Origin: Podarcis liolepis
Taxonomy: Eukaryota
NCBI GenBank assembly: GCA_965112155.1
Contig: OZ218099.1
Strand: one strand, 5' to 3'
DNA length: 64,000 nt
Part shown: positions 41,381 through 53,207 of the stretch, in pieces
Numbering within the stretch: the first letter of the stretch is position 1
Layout: the number at the start of each line of letters is the position of its first letter
Translations under genes and position numbers: made by a program
The notes under the pieces: generated by a model
The model's input: only the letters and a program-made list of their open reading frames with translations
What the model was told of the DNA's origin: nothing
Database searches by the model: none

Positions 41381-42566
41381 TTGAGTCATGTTGTTCTCTT
41401 GTCCTATGAGATACCAAATGAAAGGGCAGGAGAAACTATTCTTTCCAGTTTTAGTAGCATATCCAGTATTTATACCTGAGTGTCAGTTGCAGTTTTCTGT
41501 GTTTACTTGCATGTCCATTTGCCGAAGGTGCAGTAGTGTGCCATCTAATGGAGTGTATTGCTGCAGGTTTTAAGCAACAAGTCAGTGTCGCTTTGACTTC
41601 GTCCACAGATGGGTGCTTTCCTTAACAACAGTAATTTCATACCTGTGCAGGCTCTCATCTGGGGGGCACTCTGTGCTCTTGATTTAGGGACCACCCTGAG
41701 TGATGTCGTGATTGATCTGGTAAAAATGCTGCTCACCTTTTTTTAAAAAGCTCCATTTTCAGGAACACGTGTGCCCAATTTGCATAACACAGAACCTTTT
41801 AGACAGATCCCTTTTCCCTATTCACTGATCCTGTTTCTGCTGGAGTGCTGCCCATACAGGAGAAGGAATTTTCTCAATTTCCTTTGGAGAGGCTGTGCTA
41901 TTTGAGATCACCCATAGGTTAGAGTTAGTTATTACAAATGTGGAATTGGCAGATGACAGAAAGCAAAGCAGGTCTATTTCAGATGCAGAATCCTACACAT
42001 TAGACTACATGCACTAAATTTTTTCCAGATGCTCAGCTGTAATTGGCCTCTTTGCTGAATGCCTGTATTGTCATTTCCTTTGGAAATCACACCTCATTCC
42101 CTATATTGCCATTGTCCTGTGCTGAAAAGCAGCAAGCACTCCTGTTAACTGAATTAATCTCCAATAAATTCCATCCTGTCTATGCACAGCCTTGCATAAT
42201 TGCTAACCAAGTTAACCTGGCTTGAAACAAAGAATGCAGAATCCATTCTGCACTCTACCTTGCAGCAATATTATACAGATAGAATGTGTTTCCTTAGGGG
42301 TAATTTACACATGTGCAACTTTGTGCAGCCTTGCTTACAAATGGAGATTCTGGATAAGATTTCACTAAATATGCACACTAAGAAACACTTAATCTTATTG
42401 AACCAGCTCTATGTTCAGGGGTGTATGTGTTTGTGCGTCTAAACTAGTTTAAGAGCTACATGAAATCTTTTCCCATGTGGACTTAAAACATAACATTAAA
42501 AATATATATATTCAAAGCTTTAGGCATAGAAAATAGTGGTTTATATCATACTAACCAGCATGTGGA

Positions 42567-42919
42567 GGGACGCGGGTGGTGCTGTGGTCTAAACCACTGA
42601 GCCTTGGGCTTGCCAATCGGAAGGTTGGCGGTTCGAATACCCCATGACGGGGTGAGCTCCCATTGTTCGGCCCCTGCTCCTGCCCACCTACCAGTTCGAA
42701 AGCACATCAAAGTGCAAGTAGATAAATAGGTACCGCTCTGGCGGGAAGGTAAACGGTGTTTCCATGCGCTGCTCTGGTTCGCCAGAAGCAGCTTAGTCAT
42801 GCTGGCCACATGACCCGGAAGCTGTACGCCGGCTCCCTCGGCCAATAAAGCGAGATGAGCGCCGCAACCCCAGAGTCGTCCACAACTGGACCTAACGGTC
42901 AGGGGTCCCTTTACCTTTT
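42567..42919 (+). mobile_element. Full-length Sauria-type tRNA-derived SINE
   Basis: gggacgcgggtgg head with A-box and B-box (ggttcgaatac), ...ctttaccttt tail, 13-bp TSD TAACCAGCATGTG. Confidence 0.9.
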
Positions 42920-43078
42920 TAACCAGCATGTGATTACTAGGCCAAGATATTAGCACCCCAAACTGAAGTCCACTGTGTCAGCTTAGTGGTTAGTGATTGC
43001 TTATGTAACGTCCAACACAGTTTGCAACACTCAGGAGAACTCTTCCCCTCTGAAATAATGTTTACTTAAAATTTTCAG

Positions 43079-43168
43079 CCACCCATTTCCTATGAAGTTA
43101 CTCACACTCTGTAAAGAAGAGAGCAGAAGATCTAAAGATATCCAGAAACTTCGCTCCAGCATTGCAGT
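43079..43168 (+). CDS. TBCD: TBCD coding exon
   Basis: ttcag|...|gtaag; HPFPMKLLTLCKEESRRSKDIQKLRSSIA(V). Confidence 0.95.
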
Positions 43169-43508
43169 GTAAGTTGGAAAAAAAATTGTAACAAAGCAGA
43201 GGGATAACTAGGGAACTATTAAAATAACCTAGTGCATTGAGGAAAGAATTATCATTGCATTTGTGTAGTGGCTTTGGGGCGGGGGGCACATGAAAATGTA
43301 ACAAAAAGCTCACCTCCCATTGTAAAGCAATCTTGTGATTTCACTCTGTTGTTTTTTTAAAAAAGTGCCAATGCATTGTTGCCATACGGAATTTAGAAGC
43401 ACCTTGTATGAGTACTGATTCTAAAGCAAATACTGCTAACTAAAACATCCCTAGCCTGTTGATGTATGGCCTTAACCATGGGGCAGTTTGGATTGTGATA
43501 CTCTACAG

Positions 43509-44007
43509 CAGTGATTTTCAACCAGTGTGCCGTGGCACCCTGAGGTGCCTTGAATGATAGTCGGGGTGCCACAGGCAATGCTGGCCTCTGTCCCTCTTTC
43601 CTCCCCTCCGTCCTCTGATGCCCTCTTATGTCTCTGCCTCCCAAAGGCTTGCACAGCTGTTTATTGCAGCACCCCGGCTCTAAGCTCCCCAGGCAAATGG
43701 TGCCTCTGGGGCTGGTCAGGGGGTGCTTCCCAGGCCCCTGTGGGGCAGTGTGAGGAGGCCTCTCTCTTTGGGGCAGGAGAGAGACCAGGGTTGGCAGCTG
43801 TGGCTGCCCAGAGGACTCCCAAGGTGAGGGGAGAAGAGAGAAGGCTGAGGGAACACTCCGCAAGGGAGGGTGTTTGAAAAAGGGTGAGAGGCTGTCTGCT
43901 CTACAGGCAAGGGGTGACATAACTGGGCTGCTGAGCCCCACAGGGGTGCCGCAGAAAGAAGGCAGTTGGTCAAACAAGCCATGTACTCAAAAAGATGAAA
44001 ACCTCTG
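43509..44007 (-). mobile_element. hAT non-autonomous element, inverted copy of the 10579-11107 family
   Basis: Perfect TSD CTCTACAG; its reverse complement aligns to 10579-11107 along its length. Confidence 0.92.
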
Positions 44008-44840
44008 CTCTACAGATACTCCCCACCAGCTAAATAGGCTAGCTGCTGAAATAACCAACATTCTGAGGTCTTTGTAGGACTTGATGGGGATTTCTAGAAC
44101 CTTGCTGCTAATGGTTCACTTGTTTTAGTAAGGTGCTTCTCTCAAGTTTGTTCACTTCTTTCATGTAGCGGATCTGCTGCCATCATAGTTGATTGATTGA
44201 TTCAACTGAAGAACTAGACAACACTTGCTGTGTTGTTGTTTTTTAAAAACACACACATAAAATTAATCTTTCTAAGTGTGTGTTATGGAAACTTTTAAAG
44301 TTTCTTTTTTTAAGATATAAGATTTTTTGTTTTTGCAGTTCTAATAATCAGTTCTAACCCCCCCTCCTCCCGATACCAGCTTTCAGATGCATGATGAGAG
44401 ATAGACATGGCAGGCAGATTTGTTAAGCTTTGTTTGCTACATTCTCTGGGTTCAGTGTCTGTCCGTTCACCTGTTCTTTGTTAAGGGTATATAGGCTGAA
44501 AATCAGCAGTACTTCTCTTGTGAAACTTCACAGTTTAGCAAATGCTTGTCTATTGTTTTATGCAAGAGAACTTCTTTTTGTAGTGTCAGGTGAGTATATA
44601 ATACCGGCACCTTTTAGTTTTTAAAGCCTCACATCTGGCACATCTCTCTCCAAGAACGGTTTCCAAACTCAATTTCCCCCCATGCATATATTTCTGCAGA
44701 GTTTGTTGTGACACTGATAGAGTGCAGCAGAGGGCTCCTCTACATTGCACATCCTTTCTGGACTCAATAATACAATTTCTCCTCTGTGGTAATATGAAAA
44801 AAGCCACTGATGAAATAACATTGCTTATTTTTTTATAAAG

Positions 44841-44928
44841 GTTTTGTGGTCTGATCCAGTTTCCAGGCAGCATGAGAGAGAAAGTTCTGTTTCAGCTCCT
44901 CCTCCTCCTTTGTCATCCGTTTCCTGTT
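44841..44928 (+). CDS. TBCD: TBCD coding exon
   Basis: aaag|...|gtaag; FCGLIQFPGSMREKVLFQLLLLLCHPFPV. Confidence 0.95.
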
Positions 44929-45312
44929 GTAAGTATTGGAGATGTTGGTTAGGAACTTGGAGGTGTTGATCTTTTATTGCTTGTGTGGATTTCTGTAAAT
45001 GTAGTTGGGCAACTTCATGACTATTTGCATTTCTTCTTCCATAATGTGTTTGTAAATCACTACCATCTTCCTTGAAGAGTGCTCTCAGTTTAGCAGTTGG
45101 GCTCACCTCAGTCCTGTTGTTTAATGCACAGCAAATAACCCAGCTTTAAAGTCCACTCTTAGACATATCTGGCTATTGAACCAGTATCCTGTTTTCTGGA
45201 CCTACATAGCTGAAAGGTAGAGTGACTGTATATTCTAATTTACTATGCTGGTTGACTGGAGTGCATGTGTATTGAGCAAGCAGTACATACAGATAAGAGT
45301 GTTAACCTGTGA

Positions 45313-45501
<189 letters not shown>

Positions 45502-46133
45502 TGAGTTAATGCAACCACACGTACAACCTTATGCTGACTCCCAACCCTTGACATTTAACCCTCCATGTTGGAGTGCAGATACAACCAGACAAATGTGTGT
45601 TACAATGATGACCGGGGAGGTTTGATGCCAGTTTCGATTCACATGAACCTGGAATACAAACTTCATTTGATGCAAGGAGTGATCTTGAACTGCATTTGCT
45701 TATGTTGTAGTTTTATACACCACCTTTTCAGCTAATTGACTACCAAGGTAGCTTATACAATTATACAATACAAATCTATTAACTCCTCTCCTTTGGTGGC
45801 TGGCTGCTAAGAGAAACACTCGCGGCTGTGTGATGTTACTGTTGAGGCCTCTTCCTATCTCTCTAGCATTTTTGCCACCATCATTGCTGTTCTTAAGGGC
45901 TTCTAGTGAGACCAGAGCAATTAGTTTCAGGCAGTGTTTCTGAAGCAGGGCTGTCACTCCTGAGTGGGGCTTTTCCACAGCTCCTGGCTTTGTGTGTGTG
46001 GTGTGCAGTGAAGAGATATACTTGGGGAATGTGGCATTAAAACCTCTCCCTACTCTTTAGTTACTGCCCTTATGGAGTCTCCAGTGAGCTCAGGGCAGAC
46101 AGCTTATTATGTAGCGAATTTAAACTGCATTTA

Positions 46134-47899
46134 CCGTATTTTTCGCTCTATTGGACGCACCGGACCACAGGACGCACCTAGTTTTTAGAGGGGGAAATCA
46201 AGGAAAAAAATATTATCCCTCCCCCCAGCCCCAAAGAGCAACGGACAGGCTGTGCGCAGCCTGTCTGCTTCTCCCAGAGCTTCTTGGGGCTGCGGGGGAA
46301 GCCCGGGTTCCCCCACCAGCCCCAAAGAGCAAAGAAGCCAAGACAGCTCAGGGGATCCATAGCTGCGCAACCTCTCCAGCCAGGAGCTAAACCTCTCCAG
46401 CGCGGCTAAAGAAGACGACAAGGCAGTCCAGGGCAGGCACTCACTGCCCTGGCTTCCTCTTTAGCCTTGCACAGCATCTTTAGTCTTGCACAACGGGATG
46501 GATTGCGCCCGCTGTCCACCGGGGCTGGACTAGATGACTCCTGGGGTTCCCTTCCAACCTTGCAATTCTATGACCTCGGAAGGTGTTTGGGGTCTCCACC
46601 ACTGGAGGCTTTTAAGCAGCGGTTGGGGGACCATCTCTCTGGCGTTCTTTAGCTGTGATTCCTACATTGTGAGGGGGCTGGGCTAGATGACCCTCAGGTG
46701 GCCCTCCCAACTCTATACAGTCCTACAGTTCTGCAGCAGGAGATCCACAGCCACTTAGAATCATAGAATCATAGAATTGGAATAGACCACAAGGGCCATA
46801 GAGTCCAACCCCCTGCCAAGCAGGAAACACCATCAGAGCACTTCACACAATGCCCACTCCCAATTTTCATCTGAGAGACATGTGGCTTCAGTGTCTAGGT
46901 AGGTACCCCCCTACTTGCCACACTTCCCCCACCTCACTTAAGCTGAGGGAATTCCTGCCCAGAGAAGCTCCCAGGTGAGGCAAGGGTTAAGATCTACCTC
47001 TGGTAGATCTCTTGCGGCTGGAGAGGCACGCAAGTCTAAAGGGGAAGCCAGGCAGCGAACGGGATGGATCGCGCTCGCTGCCCTGGCTTCCCCTTTAGCC
47101 TTGCGAAGCCTCCCACCCACCCCCACCCCCGGAGAGGTGCGCAAGTCTAAAGGGGAAGCCAGGCAGCGAGCGCGATCCATCCCGTTTGCTGCCTGGCTTC
47201 CCCTTTAGACTTGCGATTGAAGCCTCCCACCCCCCCCACCCCCGGAGAGGCGCGCAAGTCTAAAGGGGAAGCCAGGCAGCGAGCGCGATCCATCCCGTTT
47301 GCTGCCTGGCTTCCCCTTTAGACTTGCGATTGAAGCCTCCCACCCCCCCCCACCCCCGGAGAGGCGCGCAAGTCTAAAGGGGAAGCCAGGCAGCGAGCGC
47401 GATCCATCCCGTTTGCTGCCTGGCTTCCCCTTTAGACTTGCGAAGCCTCCCACCCCCCCCCCCCCGGAGAGGCGCGCAAGTCTAAAGGGGAAGCCAGGCA
47501 GCGAGCGCGATCCATCCCGTTTGCTGCCTGGCTTCCCCTTTAGACTTGCGAAGCCCCCCACCCACCCCCGGAGAGGCGCGCAAGTCTAAAGGGGAAGCCA
47601 GGCAGCGAACGGGATGGATCGCGCTCGCTGCCCTGGCTTCCTCTTTAGCCTTGCGAAGCCTCCCCCCGGCTGGAGAGGTTGTGCAAGGCTTTTCTAGAGG
47701 AGGGAGAAGGGACTGACTGGCGGCGTCAGTCCCTTCTCCCTCTTGGGGAAAAGCCCGCAAGAGCTGCGCGAAGCTTGTGTGGGGCTCTTGAGGGCTTTTC
47801 CTGCCTGCCTCCTCCCTGCATTCGCTCCATAGGACGCACAGACTTTCCCCCTTAGTTTTTAAGACGGGAAAAGTGCGTCCTATGGTGCGAAAAATACGG
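46134..47899. mobile_element. CCGTA-TIR non-autonomous transposon, opposite orientation, carrying CR1 pieces and a hairpin array
   Basis: ta|ccgtatttttcgctcta ... tatggtgcgaaaaatacgg|ta. Confidence 0.87.
47025..47660. repeat. Six tandem units of about 104-114 bp, each a hairpin
   Basis: caagtctaaaggggaagccaggcagc at about 47031, 47142, 47255, 47369, 47477, 47581; each followed by its reverse complement (imperfect in units 1 and 6). Confidence 0.93.
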
Positions 47900-48044
47900 T
47901 ATGTTTGCTTAGCTTCTGGACTACTTAATTCATCATAGGTTTACTTAAATGGGTTGGAGTAAAGTTTGCTAACTTAAGTACTTGTGATGTGATAGACTTT
48001 GAATCTGTCCGTATAACTTGATGCTATTTTCCCTCTCCAAACAG

Positions 48045-48129
48045 GGATGCAGAATTGTCATTTCTGAGGAAGAAGCGCAACTATCTCTGTGACTTAATGA
48101 AAGTGCCCAAGCCACAACTAGCAGCTAAG
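48045..48129 (+). CDS. TBCD: TBCD penultimate coding exon
   Basis: acag|...|gtaaa; DAELSFLRKKRNYLCDLMKVPKPQLAAK. Confidence 0.95.
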
Positions 48130-48725
48130 GTAAAGTTTTTAAAGGATCCATTTAACTGACCGTGAATATTTTTGGGGATTCTTCCAGGAAAGACTTGTGA
48201 CCTGCACATTTAGCAAAGCCCACAATTTCAGGGCAGGATATTCAGAGTTTTGCTTCAAGCCTAGCCCTCTTTAGTATGTGCATCTGTGGAACTGCCAAAA
48301 AGCAAGTGCTTTATAGCTCCCTTCTATTCTCTTGAAAGCATTCCAGACTTCTGGTGCTTAGCTACTTGAGCATGAATTAATACAGTGCAGCTGGCTCCAA
48401 AAGCGGGCTTAAATTCCACTCTGAATTTTACAAGAAAATATGAACATCATAGCATCTGTCTCTTAGATCCCAACTTTAGTTCAAAGAGAGGAGGCTAGGT
48501 GATTATTTGTTCCAAAATAATTGCAGAAACACCAGTGAGATTTTAGTAAGTCAAAACATGGATATGTGCAGCCTCAGGTATTTGTAGTAGAACTCATGGC
48601 TCCTTCATGCCCACCCCTCGTCCTGCTACTGGGCGACGCAAAATTAAGCCATGTGAGCTTGGCTTAATGTTATTGTATGAACTGAGCCATTAAAAAAAAT
48701 ATTTATTTAAATTTTCCATGAACAA

Positions 48726-48728
<3 letters not shown>

Positions 48729-48768
<40 letters not shown>
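48729..48768. repeat. (TA)20 microsatellite
   Basis: Read directly; abuts the Penelope fragment. Confidence 0.95.
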
Positions 48769-48769
<1 letters not shown>

Positions 48770-48772
<3 letters not shown>

Positions 48773-49664
48773 GGTTTTGGTGTCTTCGGGTGTCTTCCCG
48801 TGTAAGAGTTGGGGTGTCTAGGCGACGTTTCGACGAGGTCTCACTCGTCATCTTCAGGCTGGTGCTTTCGGCTTCTTGTTACTGGAACAGAGCAGGATCT
48901 CAGTGTTTGAGTTCCTATAAATACTGTTGAGGGGGTGTGGTGTATAGCCTCCAACGTTCTGGGCAGAGAGGAAGTTCCCAGGTTAGTGTGCCTTTTCTTC
49001 TTTTGTTCCTTAATTACTTGAGGGATATCTTGAGTGATTTCTTGAGTGATATTCTGAGTACCACTTAGGTGGGTCATTAAGTGTGGATTAGTTGCTAAAG
49101 CTTTCGTGTCTTGACCTCTTGAGCTTGTGAAGAGTTTTTCTGAGAAGATGGCTGTACTGCACTTAGTTGTGCTCTGGCTTGGCTTCGTGTATAGGGGCGA
49201 GCTGTGGTTTTGTGCCCTGTGCCAGCCAGATCTGTGTAGGGATTGCAGGGGGGTGCAGCATCCGGAGGTGCCACTATGGTTTGGCTACTGGATGGTGTCT
49301 GTAATTTATCTGTGGAGAGGGTCTGGGTTTGGGTCTGGTGTGGTTGATTGGTGATGGCGTTCTGTGTGCCTCTGGTTCTGGTGTCGGTTTTTGTGGGGAG
49401 GGCTAATTTCCAGATGTCTGGCAGGCGGGACGTGTCGTCACGCTTGTTCATGTTGTGAGGGTGTTTCTCTATCTCGATGGCTTCCATGATTATTCTCTTG
49501 TGGTGATGTTCCATGTTAAAGAGCAATTTGGAATCTGCAAAATTAATTTCGTGTCCTGTTTCTTTCATGTGTTGGAAAAGAGAGGAAGTTTTTTCTTCTT
49601 TTTTGACGGCATTCTTGTGTTCTGCGATACGTGCATTTATTCGTCTGTTTGTTTGTCCAATGTA
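48770..49664 (-). mobile_element. Penelope-like element 3' fragment (GIY-YIG endonuclease C-terminal part plus terminal repeat region)
   Basis: YIGQTNRRINARIAEHK...HMKETGHEINF...EAIEIEKHPHNMNKRDD; flanked by (TA)n on both sides. Confidence 0.9.
48821..48860 (-). ncRNA. Minimal type I hammerhead ribozyme-like motif in the Penelope element
   Basis: Minus strand AGC-CUGAAGA-U-GACGAG(UGAGAC)CUCGUC-GAAA-CGUC-GCC: CUGANGA and GAAA cores with a perfect 6-bp stem II; stem I only 2 bp. Confidence 0.6.
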
Positions 49665-49765
49665 TATATATATATACATATTTGCAGCCAAAAGAAAAGA
49701 GCAGAAAATGAACAATCAATGGCCAACATTCATTTGACAACCATTCATATATTTGAGTTGTTTGA

Positions 49766-49882
49766 CAGCAGTGGTGGACTTTCCTTCCCTGGAGGTTTTC
49801 AAACAGGTTGGATAGCTATCTGTCAGTGATTCCTGCTCTGCAGGGCGGCCCTTGGGTCCCTTCTAACTCTACAATTTTATGA
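49766..49882 (+). mobile_element. CR1 3' fragment
   Basis: tccttccctggaggttttcaaacagg...ggtcccttctaactctacaattttatga. Confidence 0.7.
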
Positions 49883-51145
49883 TAACTGCAACACAATACG
49901 CCATATTCTCTGTTGTTTCTTTTAGTACCAAATCTCAGCGATGCTAATTTGAGGTTTTAAACTAAAATAGGAAAATACTGACATTCTATAAAGTGGTATC
50001 CTGTTCAGAGTTGCTTCTCACACTTGAGATTTGAAAAGTGCGACCTGTGTGTGTGCCCATCTGCTCTTCGCAAAGTAGTTTTGAGTACTGGTTGAATATA
50101 GCTGTATCCAACCTGCAGTGCTCGCTGCAGTTGTTTACATTAATGTAAGGTATGTAACCTGTCCCCAACATGCACTTAATTCCAGGTTTCTTTGTGCTGA
50201 GGTTTATACTGCTTTCAGGAAGAAGTAATGTCCAGGCAGTTACAGTGACACCTGTTAAATGGCAAATGGGACAGAAATGTCCTACAATATTCAGTAGGAA
50301 TACAACAGTACATTAGTGTTCCTGGTTTGGTGGACGGCAAAGTGGTTGTGCAGCCGCAGCAGCAGCAGCCAGTGACGAGTTGTTGCTCTAAGCCAGAGCT
50401 GGGGTTTGTTCTCTGAGGAATGACTGGTGGTGATAGTTTAAGTATGATTCTATTTGCTGGTTGTGTGTGTTTGTGTTTGCCTCCCAAGTGACGATGGAAT
50501 AGCAATTACAAAGAAATATTCAAGTTAAGATTTAACTAGGACAAAAAAATGCTGAGTCCTGAAAGCTGTTTTGCATTTCCTCGGTATCAAAAGATTTGAA
50601 AATGGTCCCATGGCTCTCTGATCTAAGACTGACAGCCACATCTGCATCTCTTTGTGCTGTAGCTGAAGGCTTCTCTCTCCACAAGCTGGAGGAATTTTCA
50701 CACAAGGTTGATTCCCTACTACCCTATTTTTCAGAGGGAGTGTATGAAAAATATGCAAGTGCTATCCAGCTTTCAGAGCTCACATTTCACAAAGAGAACC
50801 ACAGAATGCCTTATAAAATAAGGAAAGAACATTTCAAGTGTGTATCTTTTACCAACTCTCTTGACCTCGATTCACCTTTTTTAGTGGGGTGGGGGGCAAG
50901 CTTACAGTTGAATTCATTAAATAAACTTGTAGTCATGAAAGACCCCTCTCAAGTGGTCAGAATAAATATTTTAAATACCTAGTAGTTTAATAAAATGGCA
51001 TATCTTGGTATACAAAAGTTGCTACATGTGCAACTTACGTAGTGCCCCAGCTGCACTCCACAATGTATTGGATATCAGCAACTGGAGCTTACATGTGTTG
51101 CTCTGAACAGGGGTAATAGATAATTTGTAATAATATTATTGGTAT

Positions 51146-52225
51146 TGGAGCTGGGCGATAAATCAAGGAATTGTCTGAAACTGATATGGCTTCTAGATCA
51201 CGATACCGGCTTCACACTTTTTGAGCTGCCAATACATCATGGCTCTACATACAGCACACCTCACTCCAGTCTCCCTACGTTCACTGCGCCGGCAAGTGGC
51301 TGGGGAGCCACAATGTACCTGCAGCTCAAAAAGTCCAGCCATGTGTAGGCTGTGCACCTGCCCCTACCTCAGGTGAGCTGGAAGCGGGCTTCCTTAAACT
51401 ACTCCACTGAGGGGTGGGTGGGAGGCTGCCTACCACTAGTGGAACAGTTTAAGGAAGCCCCCCACCTCTGCCTCATGTGAGCTGGAGTGGGGGGGGGGCT
51501 TGATCAACTGAGGGGTACGGGAAGCTGCTCACTTACCATCTTTTTCGCTCTATAGGACGCACCTTGTTTTAGAGAGGGAGAACAAGAAAAAAAAATCTTC
51601 CGCTCTCTGCTCAGGGCCCTTAAGCGAAGTGGCAGGAGAAACAGAGCCCCTTCCATTTCTCCTCCCGCTTTGCTGAAGGGGCGCTGCGCAGCTCTCCCTC
51701 TCTGCTGAAGCCGGGAGAGTCTTGCTCTCCCAGCTTCAGCAAAAGGAACCTGAAGCCTTTGGAGCGCTGTGCGAGTTCCCACTATGCTCCAAAGGCTTCA
51801 GGTGGCTATCCCTGAAGCCTGGGGAGCGAGAGGGGTTGGTGCGCACCAACCCCTCTTACTCTCCAAGCTTCAGCGAAAGCAACGCGAAGCCTCCAGAGTG
51901 CGGAGGGAGAGCTCCCTCTGTGCTTTGGAGGCTTCGTGTTGCTATCGCTGAAGCCAAGGAGCCTGCATTTGCTCCATAGGACGCACACACATTTCCACCT
52001 TAATTTTTGGAGGGGAGAAAGTATGGTACCTTATCAAGCCCCTCCCCAATGTTCTTGCTCACACAAGCCAGAGGAGTGTGGTGCTGGGTGATGTATCTCT
52101 GCTCCTTCTTCCTCCCCTAAGGTGGGAAGGAAGAAGCAGCTGAGATACATTTCAGACATCGTAATATATCAGTAAATTGTGGTATTTAGTTGCTGATGTT
52201 AAAAACCAGGTATCACCCAGCCCTA
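51146..52225. mobile_element. hAT-like non-autonomous element (host of the nested MITE)
   Basis: Imperfect TIR tggagctgggcgata / tatcacccagcccta; degenerate 8-bp flanks attggtat / atcagtac. Confidence 0.55.
51536..52026. mobile_element. CCGTA-TIR family MITE (degenerate ends) nested in a hAT-like element
   Basis: ta|ccatctttttcgctctataggacgcacc ... gctccataggacgcacac ... aagtatgg|ta; subterminal sequence like 46134-47899. Confidence 0.75.
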
Positions 52226-52410
52226 ATCAGTACTGATGTATATATACACAGTACAGTAGCATCATCCCTTCCATAAGGAAACTTAATTTGTTATGCATAG
52301 ATTTAAGATGCCTAAGCTAACTGTTTGACACCACATCTGTGGAACTGAATAATCTATTTTGTTTCAAAATAAGCTCTTAATAACTCACGGCTCTTCCTTC
52401 TTTTCTGCAG

Positions 52411-52419
52411 AGCACATAA
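52411..52419 (+). CDS. TBCD: Probable TBCD terminal exon, coding part (ST-stop), followed by 3' UTR
   Basis: Strong acceptor (taactcac branch-like motif, pyrimidine tract, tgcag) then AGC ACA TAA in phase 0; too short to confirm by homology. Confidence 0.65.
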   Translation, partial: ST

Positions 52420-53201
52420 TTGAAAACAGTCAACATTAGGAAAACAAGTTCTTCAGAGCAGTAGATACAACGGCAGAAGGAGCTACTGTCACAGCAACTT
52501 GAAAAGTCAGGATTGCGGAAGCGTCTTTTCAGAAGCTGTGTGCAGAAGGGGTTTTAAACTCAAATGTATGTTAACAAAACAAAAGTCGACATTTCTAGTC
52601 ACTCCCTAATCTCTAACCACAAGATGGCAGTTTGGCCACATGATATTCTCTTGTCTTTCATGTTCAGTATGTATGCTGATGTTTTGTGTTTCTTTCCCCA
52701 AACTGGATTAAACATCTATTGGAAAGATCATCCTACCAGCGTTTCCTGTATAGTCCATCTTCTTCAGCTTGTTGGCTTGGTTTACAGTGAATATTTAATG
52801 CACCAGTAAAGGCAATTTGTATGCACTAAGGGACTTTATCCTGTCAAATGAAATTATGTACCATTGTTTTGTAAGAACAATGCACAACTCCAGTTGCTGT
52901 GCACAGAAGGGCAGCTAGCAGCTTTGCTGTGTAGGAAAGAAGAGAAACACACACACCAAGCAAAAAGGTTTGTTTGTACGCTTGGTATGTTAGCAGAGCA
53001 GTGTGGCACAATGATGTTCAGGAAAGGGACTATTGATGTTCTTGGCATGTGTGAAGGGCACCAAAACAATGGGATCATAACCTAAATTCATTGTGTGATT
53101 TCAACTGGAAAAATGTTACCTCTATAAACAGGAAGTACAGCTGACTCTGCTGTCCCACCACCAATTTGATATAACATTATCTGGCAGTGCTCAGGTACTG
53201 T

Positions 53202-53207
53202 TTTATT
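53202..53207 (-). terminator. Candidate B3GNTL1 polyadenylation signal AATAAA
   Basis: TTTATT on + strand about 640 nt past the B3GNTL1 stop; a minus-strand ATTAAA at 53732-53737 is an alternative. Confidence 0.4.

Noticed and set aside
42567-42660. tRNA gene
   Set aside because: The A and B boxes belong to the head of a SINE with a tail and TSD; no full cloverleaf
45604-45690. Box C/D snoRNA (ATGATGA at about 45605)
   Set aside because: No CTGA box D at a suitable distance and no terminal stem
47025-47660. CRISPR-like array of palindromic repeats with spacers
   Set aside because: Spacers are identical or inverted copies of each other, there are no cas genes, and the array lies inside a eukaryotic MITE
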